A stretch of 60,274 bases of DNA from a virus: the IMG/VR virus record IMGVR_UViG_3300045988_172523. The stretch is one strand, 5' to 3'. The position numbers were made by a program, and so were the translations under genes. Each line of letters starts with the position of its first letter. Position 1 is the first letter of the stretch. Positions 1 to 10,300 of this stretch are shown here, piece after piece. Under the pieces are notes generated by a model. The model had not been told where the DNA came from, ran no database searches, and was given only the letters and a program-made list of their open reading frames with translations.

Positions 1-164
1 AAAAATCATCGGCCATACAATAAATCTCTGTAACTTTAGACTCTGGAAACATAGTGGTAATCGTTTAAATGTTATAATTCAGCACTATAAATTTAATACT
101 TTTATCGCTATGTTTCTAATTATAAGTGAAATATATTTATTCTTATTTCGAACTCACGTTATTT
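1..164. repeat. Left copy of a perfect 164-bp terminal inverted repeat (reverse complement of 60111..60274)
   Basis: Hand comparison. Bases 1-164 are the exact reverse complement of the last 164 bases. The match breaks at 165 versus 60110. Confidence 0.9.
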
Positions 165-432
165 AAGTAGTACTTGTGGTGTAATCCGGAGATTATTTAT
201 GTTTTTGATTATGTAACAAAATCAAAAAAAAGTAAGACGATATTACATCATTATCATTTGGAACTTAATTTTTTTCTATGTTGTTTCCTGTTTAGGATAC
301 TTGGTCGTATGTTTACTATTTAAGGTGGACGTAGCAAGCGGTAGGATATTGAAAATAGATAAAGTACTAATATTTTAATGTGTGACTTTTCATTTTTATA
401 TATAAGAATTTATTGATTCTCAATAATATTCG

Positions 433-440
433 TAACTTTG
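433..440 (+). promoter_or_regulatory. Candidate Bacteroides-type -7 promoter box (TAACTTTG, consensus TAnnTTTG)
   Basis: Motif match in an AT-rich non-coding leader. A hairpin terminator lies about 215 nt downstream. Confidence 0.3.
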
Positions 441-652
441 CAGCCTAATTTATATATAACTACGATGCAACAGAATAGAATGAACATACCTGCAAATATA
501 TTATATCGAAGCACAGAATGCTTTGAGCGTGTGTCGTATGTCCATACATCAAGCATTGAATCATTGAATAAATTCAAATACACTTTCCAACGATTTTTAT
601 GTATATTATTGAGGGTACAATGATGCTGATAACCCTCTGACAATGACAATAG

Positions 653-697
653 AAAGTCGTCGGAAAGTCCTGATTAAAACTTTTCGACGACTTTTTC
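653..697 (+). terminator. Rho-independent terminator-like hairpin (AAAGTCGTCG ... CGACGACTTT followed by a T run)
   Basis: 10-bp inverted arms at 653-662 and 685-694, followed by TTTTC. Confidence 0.45.
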
Positions 698-797
698 TTT
701 ATGCCTTTTGGTGACATTCGCTCGATGCGTCCTTCTCCGTCAATTCCGTCTATGGGCAGAATACAATGTATTATTAACTGCGCAGTGATGCGCATAA

Positions 798-1322
798 ATG
801 AACAAAATTATGAATTATAAATTTGATGGAAGCAGGGTGTTCCACATGAATGAAACGATAATAGCCAACTGGAACAGCGTGGTTGGTCCTGATGATATAA
901 TATTTCATTTGGGAGACTTTTGTTTGGGAGATTCTGCCGAATGGATAAATGTATTAAACAGATTGAATGGGAAAATATATCTTATAGCTGGCAATCATGA
1001 TATAAAGGATCTCAGGCAGAATTATACGAAGTACTTTGAACAGATAACGATGCAGATGCATATTGAAGTAGATAAACAGAAAATTTATCTGAGCCATTGT
1101 CCCTTCCTTTGTTATGGAGGAGTATATCGCGATACATGGCAACTTTTCGGACATGTACATACCAGCAGGTATAACACCGGAAAGGATGTTCCGCGGTTGA
1201 AAATGCTTTTCCCGACTCAGTATGATGTAGGTGTAGATAACAATAATTTCACATCGGAATCATTTGCACAGGTAAAGATGATAATAGAGAAACAGATAGA
1301 ACAATCAAAGGAAGGAGAATAA
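798..1322 (+). CDS. Calcineurin-like metallophosphoesterase lacking N-terminal motif I (DxH); possibly truncated or degenerate
   Basis: Motifs GD (HLGDF), GNHD, an internal His and GHVH are present. No DxH motif precedes NETIIANWN. 4-nt gap to the next gene. Confidence 0.7.
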   Translation: MNKIMNYKFDGSRVFHMNETIIANWNSVVGPDDIIFHLGDFCLGDSAEWINVLNRLNGKIYLIAGNHDIKDLRQNYTKYFEQITMQMHIEVDKQKIYLSHCPFLCYGGVYRDTWQLFGHVHTSRYNTGKDVPRLKMLFPTQYDVGVDNNNFTSESFAQVKMIIEKQIEQSKEGE

Positions 1323-1326
1323 TAAA

Positions 1327-2097
1327 ATGAGAATACAATATATGAGTGATTTGCATCTCGAATTTCAGGAGAATAGCAGATATCTGAGATATAATGAATT
1401 GCCTGTAACAGGTGATGTACTGGTGCTGGCAGGAGATATTTTCTATCTCAAGGATAAGACTGCTCCAGTTATGAATTTCTGGAAGTGGGCATCCAAAAAT
1501 TACCGTCAGGTATTGATTGTTCCTGGTAATCATGAATACTATAACTATTCGGATGTGATGGAACGCGGTTTTCAATGGAAGTGGATGTTGCGGGAGAATG
1601 TGGGTTACTATCAGAATCAGGCTGTCCGCATCGATGATACGGACTTTATACTGAGTACGCTTTGGTCGCATATCAATCCGAATGATGAATATTTTGTATG
1701 GAAAGGTATGAACGACTTCCGTCAGATTAAGTTTGGCGGGAAGCTGTTGCAGGTGGAGGAGTTCAACTGGATGCACGAGATCTGTATTGGCTTTATTCGG
1801 AAAAACATTGAAGAGAGCACAGCAAACCATATTGTGGTGGTCACACATCATTTGCCTACACTCCAAGTGGTAGCTGCGCACCATAGAGGATCTGTTCTGA
1901 ACAATGCATTTGCAAGTGATTACGATAATTTAATTGCCAATAGTAGGATTGATGCATGGATATATGGACATTCGCGTACCAATATTGACACGGAAATAGG
2001 AGGGACCAGGGTAATCTCTAATCAGATGGGATATATTTTTGCAAATGAGCATCTGATGAATGGATTTGAATCGGGCAAGTTTATTGAAATTAAATGA
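1327..2097 (+). CDS. Calcineurin-like metallophosphoesterase (all five motifs present)
   Basis: SDLHLE (DxH), AGDIF (GD), GNHEYY, THH and YGHSR motifs appear in the canonical order. Confidence 0.8.
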   Translation: MRIQYMSDLHLEFQENSRYLRYNELPVTGDVLVLAGDIFYLKDKTAPVMNFWKWASKNYRQVLIVPGNHEYYNYSDVMERGFQWKWMLRENVGYYQNQAVRIDDTDFILSTLWSHINPNDEYFVWKGMNDFRQIKFGGKLLQVEEFNWMHEICIGFIRKNIEESTANHIVVVTHHLPTLQVVAAHHRGSVLNNAFASDYDNLIANSRIDAWIYGHSRTNIDTEIGGTRVISNQMGYIFANEHLMNGFESGKFIEIK

Positions 2098-3422
2098 GTA
2101 CAGCGATGAATGAAAGAAAAATCATAGATAGAAAATACCTTTGCAATTTAGCTAAGGAAGTTGGTCTGACTATATTAGATCTGGAAGCATTAGGCGAAAA
2201 TCATCATTGGGAAATTGTTGTGGAAGGAAATTTACTGGAAAGGATGATTGAGACTCAGCGTCAGTTTGAGCGTCTTGCCGTGATTAGCGATGAAGAGTGT
2301 CGTGGGTTTTATATAGAGGTGCCTCGGCCAACACCAGAAGATTGGACTAACGCTGAGGAACTGATTGCTTCGGGAGAGTACAGCAGCATGGATGCATACC
2401 TGTCAGATTGGTTTGCATTCAATCCGATGGAAACGTTGTGGTTCTATGTAACCTCAAGAAAGCATGGGAATAACCGGTCGATTTATGTTACCGACCGGAA
2501 ATTTACCCACTTTGTTATTTCTAACCGCTCCTCGTATAATGAAAAGGAGTTCGATAATGCGTGTTGTAAGGAGAACCTTACACGTTTTTTCGACTTTTTG
2601 GATCTTATGATTGGTGTTATTGTAGCAGATTCCGACGGGTTTAATGAGTATGTAGCAAACAATCTGCCATACCAGCAACGTACAGGTCGGATTTCCAGAA
2701 AGAACCTGGTTCGCATAGTTCCGAGCCTCAAGATTGATGTAGAGGATCGGGAAATGACAGTTAAGGCTTTAGAGGACTCAATACAAGGGCGTTCTTTATC
2801 TCCTATGGAGACTATGACCATACGAAAGTATTGTAAATTTTATCGTATTGCTAACGAAGCTTATAAGGCTTGCCATAGGAAACGGGGTATTGGTGGGCAT
2901 ATCAATAAGGATTCAAAAAGGGATTTCCCAAAAATGTCGGATGTGACTTACTATAAGTATATGAAGTATGTGGATGTGGAGAACCTTTATAACGTCGACA
3001 GCCAGGAGGATTTCATACGTTTTGCAACGGATCATTACGGTGAACTTGGGCTTTCACGTCTGAATATCTTAGCTTCAAATGTTCAATATCAGGGATGGAA
3101 GATTGTTATTTCCAACAGTTATTCATCCAATGTCGGATTGGCTATGGAGGTGGCTGTTTCCTTATATAAGGCTGATGCTCCATTACATATTTACGATGCA
3201 GAGAAACTTCTGAGTTTTCTGAGGGAAGAGGATTTTGTCAGATTGGTTTCTGATTCATACCATAACTATATGGGATATCAGGAAGAAGGTACCGTCTATG
3301 AGCTTCCTTGGGAATATGAATGTTCTGACGAGAAAAACTCTTTTTTTACTCTGGAGCAATATCATGATATTATTTCTCATACCGAATGGGAGTCTGAGAA
3401 ACGTGTAGAGCCTATTTTTTAA
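2094..3422 (+). CDS. Hypothetical protein (442 aa), translationally coupled to the phosphoesterases
   Basis: Long ORF whose ATGA start overlaps the upstream stop. I recognise no motif. Confidence 0.6.
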   Translation: MSTAMNERKIIDRKYLCNLAKEVGLTILDLEALGENHHWEIVVEGNLLERMIETQRQFERLAVISDEECRGFYIEVPRPTPEDWTNAEELIASGEYSSMDAYLSDWFAFNPMETLWFYVTSRKHGNNRSIYVTDRKFTHFVISNRSSYNEKEFDNACCKENLTRFFDFLDLMIGVIVADSDGFNEYVANNLPYQQRTGRISRKNLVRIVPSLKIDVEDREMTVKALEDSIQGRSLSPMETMTIRKYCKFYRIANEAYKACHRKRGIGGHINKDSKRDFPKMSDVTYYKYMKYVDVENLYNVDSQEDFIRFATDHYGELGLSRLNILASNVQYQGWKIVISNSYSSNVGLAMEVAVSLYKADAPLHIYDAEKLLSFLREEDFVRLVSDSYHNYMGYQEEGTVYELPWEYECSDEKNSFFTLEQYHDIISHTEWESEKRVEPIF

Positions 3423-3443
3423 TGGAACGTCGTAATTAAAAGT

Positions 3444-3489
3444 TGGCTTATCTCCATGTTTATGCGTGGTTGATAAGCCATTTTTTTTT
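3444..3489 (+). terminator. Rho-independent terminator (TGGCTTATC ... GATAAGCCA followed by T9)
   Basis: 9-bp stem at 3444-3452 and 3472-3480, followed by nine T. Lies directly after the 442-aa ORF. Confidence 0.75.
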
Positions 3490-3621
3490 GCAATCAAAAC
3501 TTTAAGATGGAAATAGCGAAATTGGATATAGAACAAATATAAAATATAGGATTTATAATCAGTTTTTATAATCTGACAATAAGTTTTCAAGTAAAAATTA
3601 GTTTTATTCTCAGAAATTACA

Positions 3622-3629
3622 TAGCTTTG
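3622..3629 (+). promoter_or_regulatory. Candidate -7 promoter box TAGCTTTG upstream of hipB-like gene
   Basis: Match to TAnnTTTG about 85 nt upstream of the ATG at 3713. Confidence 0.35.
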
Positions 3630-3712
3630 TGTTTATAATCTTCATAATATTGAAGATTAATGCTTAAAAATATATTTAACTGTCATTATAATGATATATA
3701 AATACGGTTTAT

Positions 3713-4021
3713 ATGGTAGATTTCTATGAATACTCCACGCCTGAGCTTGTAAGGCTATTAGGTAACAGATTTAAAGAATATAGAATTCGTTGCAATCTCA
3801 CTCAGAAAGATGTTTCTGAGCAATCCGGTATTGGACTTACAACCATCCACAAATTTGAGAATGGTACAGCTGGCAACATTTCATTGTCAACATTTATTGT
3901 GTTGTTGAAAGTGGTCGGACAGATTAATACTATAGACAATATTTTTCCGGAATTGCCTGAATCTCCTTACCTGATGCGTAGGGATGATAAAAAAGTACAG
4001 CGTGTCAGACACTCTAAATAG
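3713..4021 (+). CDS. hipB: XRE-family HTH protein, HipB-like antitoxin
   Basis: Cro/C1-type HTH (LTQKDVSEQSGIGLTTIHKFENG), located 9 nt upstream of a HipA-like kinase. Confidence 0.75.
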   Translation: MVDFYEYSTPELVRLLGNRFKEYRIRCNLTQKDVSEQSGIGLTTIHKFENGTAGNISLSTFIVLLKVVGQINTIDNIFPELPESPYLMRRDDKKVQRVRHSK

Positions 4022-4029
4022 TATAAATT

Positions 4030-5520
4030 ATGGTACAGTCGTTAAAAGTAATACTTTGGGGTGAGGAAATAGGTAGATTGGCATGGGATGTCAAACGTAG
4101 GTTATCCTATTTTATGTATAATCCGGCCTTCTTGAAGAAAGGTCTTAACATTTCTCCATTAGCGGCACCGGTTGATGGAGTGGGGCTTATGCCTGTATGG
4201 GGAGAAGAGGCCAAGATTTATCAAAAATTACCGGCATTTTTAGCAGATTCGTTGCCTGACGCATGGGGTAATCAACTTTTTGAATTATGGCGCCAACAGA
4301 ATCACTTGTCAAATGCAGATATTACTCCCCTTGACAAACTGTCATTTATAGGAAAACGCGGAATGGGAGCTTTGGAATTTTTGCCTGAGGTTTCAAGAGA
4401 GCGTAAGGCCGAAAAAATAGATATCAAATCATTGGCAAATTTAGCAAAGCGTATATTTTCAGAAAGAGAAAATGCCAGAATCCTACCCGAAGAGTCGGTA
4501 ACAATGCAATCATTACTTACGGTTGGTACTTCAGCCGGTGGTCGTCAACCTAAGGTAATTGTTGCCATTAATCAAAAGAATGGTGAGGTTTGTAGCGGGC
4601 AGATTTCCGAATTAGAGGAATTTGATTACTATCTGATCAAATTTGGTAATTCGCAATACAGCTCGGCAGAATTGGAGATGTCTTACTATGAACTTGCTAC
4701 AATGGCAGGGATAAATATGATGCCTTCAAAACTCTATCAGGTAGACGGGAATAATCATTTCATGACAAAACGTTTTGACCGTAATAATGGAAAAAAGATT
4801 CATACACAAACTTTGGCCGCAGTTAGCCCTGATGCGGACAGTTACGAACAATTAATTACAGTATGTCGGAAGCTCCATTTGCCAGAAACAGACTGCTATG
4901 AGGTATTCCGCAGAATGGTCTTTAATGTATTGGCAAACAATACGGATGATCACAATAAGAATTTTTCATTCGTTATGAGTGAGGACGGTACTTGGCGTCT
5001 GTCTCCTGCATACGATGTAACTTATATATTTGACAATGGAGGATTCTTACCCAATGAAGATCATTGTATGTATATTAGGGCAAAACTTAGGGATATAACA
5101 CGGGATGATGTTATTCAATTTGCTAAAGATAATGGAATACGTAGGCCTGATGCAATAATACGTGATATAGTTAATGCCATAAAACAATTTCGTGTGGTTG
5201 CCACTAAATATGGTGTTGCGGAACAGTGGATAGGACGTGTTGAAAACACTATGGTTGACCATCTGAAATCATGGGGAGAGTTAGAGGAAATGGCTCCTGA
5301 AATATGCGAATTTGTCATAAACGGACATATTATAAAGAATATCCGTATGGAGCAGGCGTATAAGGAAAATTATCATTTGCTTATTGAAATAGATGGTCAT
5401 GAACGTAAGTTTATTATTGGTAAGAATAGAGAAGAGTTTTCACTTATTGAATCAATGGGCATAGCAAATCTGTCATCGGAGCGGCTTAAAGATATGGTTG
5501 AAAAGTATTTTATTCTTTAA
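4030..5520 (+). CDS. hipA: HipA-family serine/threonine kinase toxin with extra C-terminal ~90 aa
   Basis: HipA N-terminal coupling region (WGEEIGRLAWD), GTSAGGRQPK P-loop-like motif and NTDDHNKNFSF catalytic loop. Confidence 0.85.
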   Translation: MVQSLKVILWGEEIGRLAWDVKRRLSYFMYNPAFLKKGLNISPLAAPVDGVGLMPVWGEEAKIYQKLPAFLADSLPDAWGNQLFELWRQQNHLSNADITPLDKLSFIGKRGMGALEFLPEVSRERKAEKIDIKSLANLAKRIFSERENARILPEESVTMQSLLTVGTSAGGRQPKVIVAINQKNGEVCSGQISELEEFDYYLIKFGNSQYSSAELEMSYYELATMAGINMMPSKLYQVDGNNHFMTKRFDRNNGKKIHTQTLAAVSPDADSYEQLITVCRKLHLPETDCYEVFRRMVFNVLANNTDDHNKNFSFVMSEDGTWRLSPAYDVTYIFDNGGFLPNEDHCMYIRAKLRDITRDDVIQFAKDNGIRRPDAIIRDIVNAIKQFRVVATKYGVAEQWIGRVENTMVDHLKSWGELEEMAPEICEFVINGHIIKNIRMEQAYKENYHLLIEIDGHERKFIIGKNREEFSLIESMGIANLSSERLKDMVEKYFIL

Positions 5521-5565
5521 ATTCGTAGCCATCATTTCAGTAATAATTCTTATAACACTTGAACA

Positions 5566-6762
5566 ATGAATGACTTTAAATCTATTGATGAGCTTTTGCG
5601 TGTACTTGAAAGAGAGAAACTTCTGCTGAAACAGATGTTTCAGAAAAGACCTTCAACTTCCCTGAAATATGATTATACACTCGAACTCACGGAATATAAA
5701 GAGGAAAGAATTAAATATCTCATTGACTACGGAATAATAAGAGATAGCGGAAATTTCCTTGAAATGGAGGATGTATATCTTAAATTCTTCGAGGAGGTTT
5801 TACAAGTCAATGAGAACATAAATGTTTCGTTTGTGGATGATTATCTGGGGCGTCTGAATGAAAATATAGATTATTATCTTAAAGAAGATAATGAGCAGCG
5901 GAAATATAATTATCATAAAGAGGTAAGGCGGTGTCTGAAAAATATTGCAATGATGACAGTGCGTAATGTAATAGACTTGAAACGCAACATTGACAATACT
6001 TACAAGAACGAACCAAACTATCGTGTAAAGCTCTCAAAACTGAAGAATCTTGATGAAAAACGCAAGAACATAGCGCTTCTCATCAATAGGAGTGAAGATA
6101 TAATAGACAACACTCAGCCTGTGTTTTTCAGAGTTGCCATGGACACTCAAATGCGTATAGTGGTGAATGACGTGAAGCTTCAGCTTAATGATTCTTATCA
6201 TAATCTCATTGAGATAGAGAAGCAGATTATTCATTACCTGAATCTTATAGCTTATCAGAACAGGATATTCGAGAAAGTTCGACGTTTGAAATACCTTCGT
6301 GACCAGTTTCTTTTAGAAGAAAAAACTGATATACGTCATGTTGTCAGTATGAGAAATCCTGTATGGATGGAGCCTCAGACCAATTACAGGATAAAACTCT
6401 CGGTAGATAATCTGCGTACTTCTGCAGTGGCGTTGGAGATAATAAGAAAAATCATATCAAAAAGGAAGAACCGGGCTAAAGGTCCTAAGAATATGGCCGA
6501 TGCTATACCGCAGGAATATATGAAAACAGAAGGTGAAGTTCTTGACCAGATAAATTTACAGGAAATTTATAATGCTTTCTCGGCATCAAGCAGTCATCTG
6601 TTTAAGTTTGTAATGAGCTACAATTATCATAAGCAACTGAGCACAGACGACAGAATCTTGTTTTTCTGCCAGATAGCATCGCAGTATGCCGAAGGACTGA
6701 ATTTCACTGACAAGTATGAAACAAGTTATGACGTGGAATATCCTTTGATATATTCCAAATAA
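5566..6762 (+). CDS. jetA: Wadjet JetA-like (kleisin-like/MksF-like) subunit, compact variant
   Basis: Called from position as first gene of a 4-gene operon ending in an SMC-like ATPase and a Toprim protein. Mostly helical and charged. No direct motif. Confidence 0.45.
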   Translation: MNDFKSIDELLRVLEREKLLLKQMFQKRPSTSLKYDYTLELTEYKEERIKYLIDYGIIRDSGNFLEMEDVYLKFFEEVLQVNENINVSFVDDYLGRLNENIDYYLKEDNEQRKYNYHKEVRRCLKNIAMMTVRNVIDLKRNIDNTYKNEPNYRVKLSKLKNLDEKRKNIALLINRSEDIIDNTQPVFFRVAMDTQMRIVVNDVKLQLNDSYHNLIEIEKQIIHYLNLIAYQNRIFEKVRRLKYLRDQFLLEEKTDIRHVVSMRNPVWMEPQTNYRIKLSVDNLRTSAVALEIIRKIISKRKNRAKGPKNMADAIPQEYMKTEGEVLDQINLQEIYNAFSASSSHLFKFVMSYNYHKQLSTDDRILFFCQIASQYAEGLNFTDKYETSYDVEYPLIYSK

Positions 6763-6801
6763 CTCTAGATAATTTCCGATAATTACATAATCAGAATAAG
6801 C

Positions 6802-7353
6802 ATGAAATATACAGAAGAAATATTCAATATATTGAGTAAGGGCGGATTTATTTCTGCAAATAGCGTTTCTCCTGCAATAAAACGATACTATGATGCCATA
6901 GAAGAGGATTTGACCGACTATTACGAATATTATAAAGGTATTGGTTTTTATCTCGAAGGTGGTGACGGATATTATATGTTCACCCGTCAGGAGGCGAAAG
7001 TCGACCTCGAACGCAAACTTGAAGCAGTTATGAAGTGGATAGACTACCTTAGTTTCCTTAAAACGTATGATGCTACATTCGGTCCCGGATTTAAGTTCCG
7101 TCCGGCAGACATTGAAGTTCAGATAAGTTGCCAGATGGAACTGAAGGATAAGGCTTCCAAACTGTTTCAGGATAAGAAGAAATATAATGAGGTTGTGGAG
7201 AAACTTGTTTTTGAACTTGAAAAGGCAGGAATGATAGAACTTGAGAATGAACATGATAACACTTATAAAGTATTAACGGCATTTCACTATATGGAGGATT
7301 TGGTGGACTGCATAACAATATCGGAGGAAATGAACGATGAGATATCTCAATAA
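6802..7353 (+). CDS. jetB: Wadjet JetB-like (MksE/MukE-like, DUF4194-like) small acidic subunit
   Basis: 183-aa acidic protein with YYKGIGFYLEGGDGYYMF, resembling the JetB core. Overlaps the ATPase gene by 17 nt. Confidence 0.5.
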   Translation: MKYTEEIFNILSKGGFISANSVSPAIKRYYDAIEEDLTDYYEYYKGIGFYLEGGDGYYMFTRQEAKVDLERKLEAVMKWIDYLSFLKTYDATFGPGFKFRPADIEVQISCQMELKDKASKLFQDKKKYNEVVEKLVFELEKAGMIELENEHDNTYKVLTAFHYMEDLVDCITISEEMNDEISQ

Positions 7354-10300
7354 GATAATATTTCTGAACAGCGCACATGTACCGTATGCTGAAGTGAAGC
7401 TGGATGGCAATGTACATTTTATTGGTACTCAGGGAGTAGGTAAAAGTACCCTTCTGCGGGCTGTCTTGTTTTTCTATAATGCAGACAAACTCAGATTGGG
7501 TATACCGAAAGAAAAGAAAAATTTTGATTCTTTCTATCTTCCGTTTGCCAACTCATATATAGTTTATGAAGTAATGCGCGAAAACGGTGCTTATACCATA
7601 GTTGTAACAAAGTCGATGGGCAGGGCTGCTTTCCGCTTTATTGATGCTCCATATAGTAAGGAGTGGTTTGTTGACGGCAAAAACGAGGTCTCGGCCGATT
7701 GGAGTGTGATTCGTACAAGAGTGTCGGAATCGGGTGCAAATGTGTCGTCGCTGGTTACAGGCTATGATATGTTTCGTGATATAATATTCGGCAACAACAG
7801 AAAGCCGGATTTGCTTCAGTTCCGTAAGTATGCAATTGTAGAGAGTTCGCGATATCAGAATATACCGCGTACAATTCAGAATGTATTCCTTAACTCAAAG
7901 CTTGATGCCGATTTTATCAAGGATACCATCATACAGTCAATGGATGATAATGAGTTTGTTGTCGACCTGAGTTATTATCGGAATCAGATAGAAACTTTCG
8001 AACAGGAATATTCCGATGTAATGTTGTGGATAAAGCAGGATAAGAATGGTGTGGTACCTGTCAGAAAACAGGCCGATATAGTAATAAAAGGTTATAGAAT
8101 GCTTTTGTTTGCTGAAAAGCAGATTAAAAACGGAAGACAGCAGCTTAACTACTCTGAAAGGGTGGCACGTCTGAAATTTCCCGAATTGGAGGAATTGCTT
8201 CTGCAACTTAAAGAGGAAGCCGAACGATTTACACGTTTACTTGGGGAAGAAAAATACAAGTTTGACAGTGAGCGCGACAAACTTGTAAAGTTAAGCGGCA
8301 TTGTAGAATCTGACCTTAAGAAGATAAGGGAAAAGCGTAAATATTATGAACAGGAACACATTGATGAGGTTATATCAAGAGTAAATAGGGAACCGGCACT
8401 GAAATACGAACTGGAGTCTCTGAATAAGGTATATAATGAACTCACGAGTACATACCGGGATGTAATAAGCAAATACTCTTTGATGGAACAGGGCATTGAT
8501 GCCGATCTTGCAAGATTTGAGAATGAAATCAACAAAAGGGTATTATGCCTTAAAGATGAACTTGGTAAAAGGATTTCAGAATTGACAAAGAAAAGCAACA
8601 GTCAGACTGAAGAAATACGCTCTGTTTATGAAGAGAAACTTAAAACACTAGCCGACAGCAAGGAGCAGTTACTGGAAGAAATATCCAATCTGAAACAACA
8701 GAAAACAAGGGTTGAGTGTACTGTTCATTTCAAGGAGGAGATAGGTGACTGTGAGGAACGGTTGAGAAACATATCTTCCGAAGAAAAGGATACCGCTGTG
8801 AAAGTCGACCGTTTGAAGTTGGAGTGCGACCGCCTTAGACAGAAGTCGGATGCGGAAACTATGGTAGTTGAAAAAGAGTATGATGCGAAAATTGATGAGA
8901 TTTTACGCTGCAGGAAACAGGTGGACACAGAAATAGAATCGTTGAATGTCCTGATAAACAACAGCAAAGGCTCTTTTTGCGAGTGGCTCGACAAGAACAG
9001 GTCAGGATGGCAGGAAAGTATAGGTAAGATTGCCGATGAAAAACTTATACTCTATAATCAGAATCTTTCTCCTGAACTCTCAACCGATGGGGAAAGCTCT
9101 TTCTATGGCGTAAAAATTAATTTAGCTGAAGTGCAGCGTGAGTTACGCTCACCGGAACAGCTTAAAGCTGAATTTAAGGCCAAATCTTCCGAAAGAGATG
9201 AATATACGAGAAAAATAAGCCTTCTGAATGAAGAAAAAACAAAGCGTACTGAAGAGATAAAGAATAAGTACAGAAAACAGATTTCAGCCATATCGGGCGA
9301 AAGGCATCTTCTTGAAATCCAGTTACAGCAATATCCTCTTCAGATAAAGAATATTAAGGCAGAACAGGCTTCATGGGAACGCAAAGAATCGGAGTGGAAA
9401 AGAAACAGGATTGAGGAGATAGAAACATTTATTGGAGGCAAGGAAAAGGAAAGACAAAAATGTTGTAACAATGAAGAACTTCTGAAACAGGAAAGGGAAA
9501 AGCGGATTCTTCAGATTTCTGACGAGCAGAGAAAGGCGGAAAAGAAAGAACGCAGTGCTGTTGATGTTGAGATACAGGCAGTACACAAGGAACTGTCCGA
9601 CCGGCGTATGGATATGGATAACAGAAAAAAAGAACTTCACAAGTTGCAGAATGAGGAGTTAAACGGTAAGGGAGCTGATACATCGGTTATAAATTCCTAT
9701 AAATCAAAAATTGATACAATAAAGTCTGAGTTGGATTATATATCACAAAAACAGTCGTTTGTGTGGAATTATGAAAAAGATAAGAGAGAACTGTTTGATC
9801 GTGAGCCGGAGTTGCGCGACAACAAGAAGAACAATGAGATGCATTTAGATGAGCTTGAAGAAAAATACGCATTGCGGAAAAACAAGCTCACCGGTCAGTA
9901 TGAAACTGTAAAAAACAGTATAAAGGAAAAGACAGCCGAACGTGATGCCATAAAGAACGATTTTTCCGTTCTTGAGAATTTCCGCAAAGATGAAGGCTTC
10001 TGTCCGCCGGAGTCGTACACTCCCGAAGAACTTCCTACCAATAAACCTTGCGGTAAGATAGTGGAAGAGCTGAAAAGTCTGATTGTTTCTCTTGGCAAGG
10101 ATACTGAGAATTTCAAGAAATCGATCAATCTGTTTAACAGTAATTTTACTGCAAGAAATACTTTCAGTTTCCCTCAGTCATTGTCGTGTGATTCCGATTA
10201 CATGGATTTTGCATCCAATTTATGTGAGTTTGTGGAAAACAATAAAATTATCGAATACCAGAACCGCATAAGTGAAAGGTATGTAAACATAATAAGACGC

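Noticed and set aside
410-795. Small ORFs 410..649, 438..623 and 574..795
   Set aside because: They are mutually overlapping, AT-rich and featureless, and they lie in a leader region bounded by a promoter-like box and a terminator. There is no support for coding.
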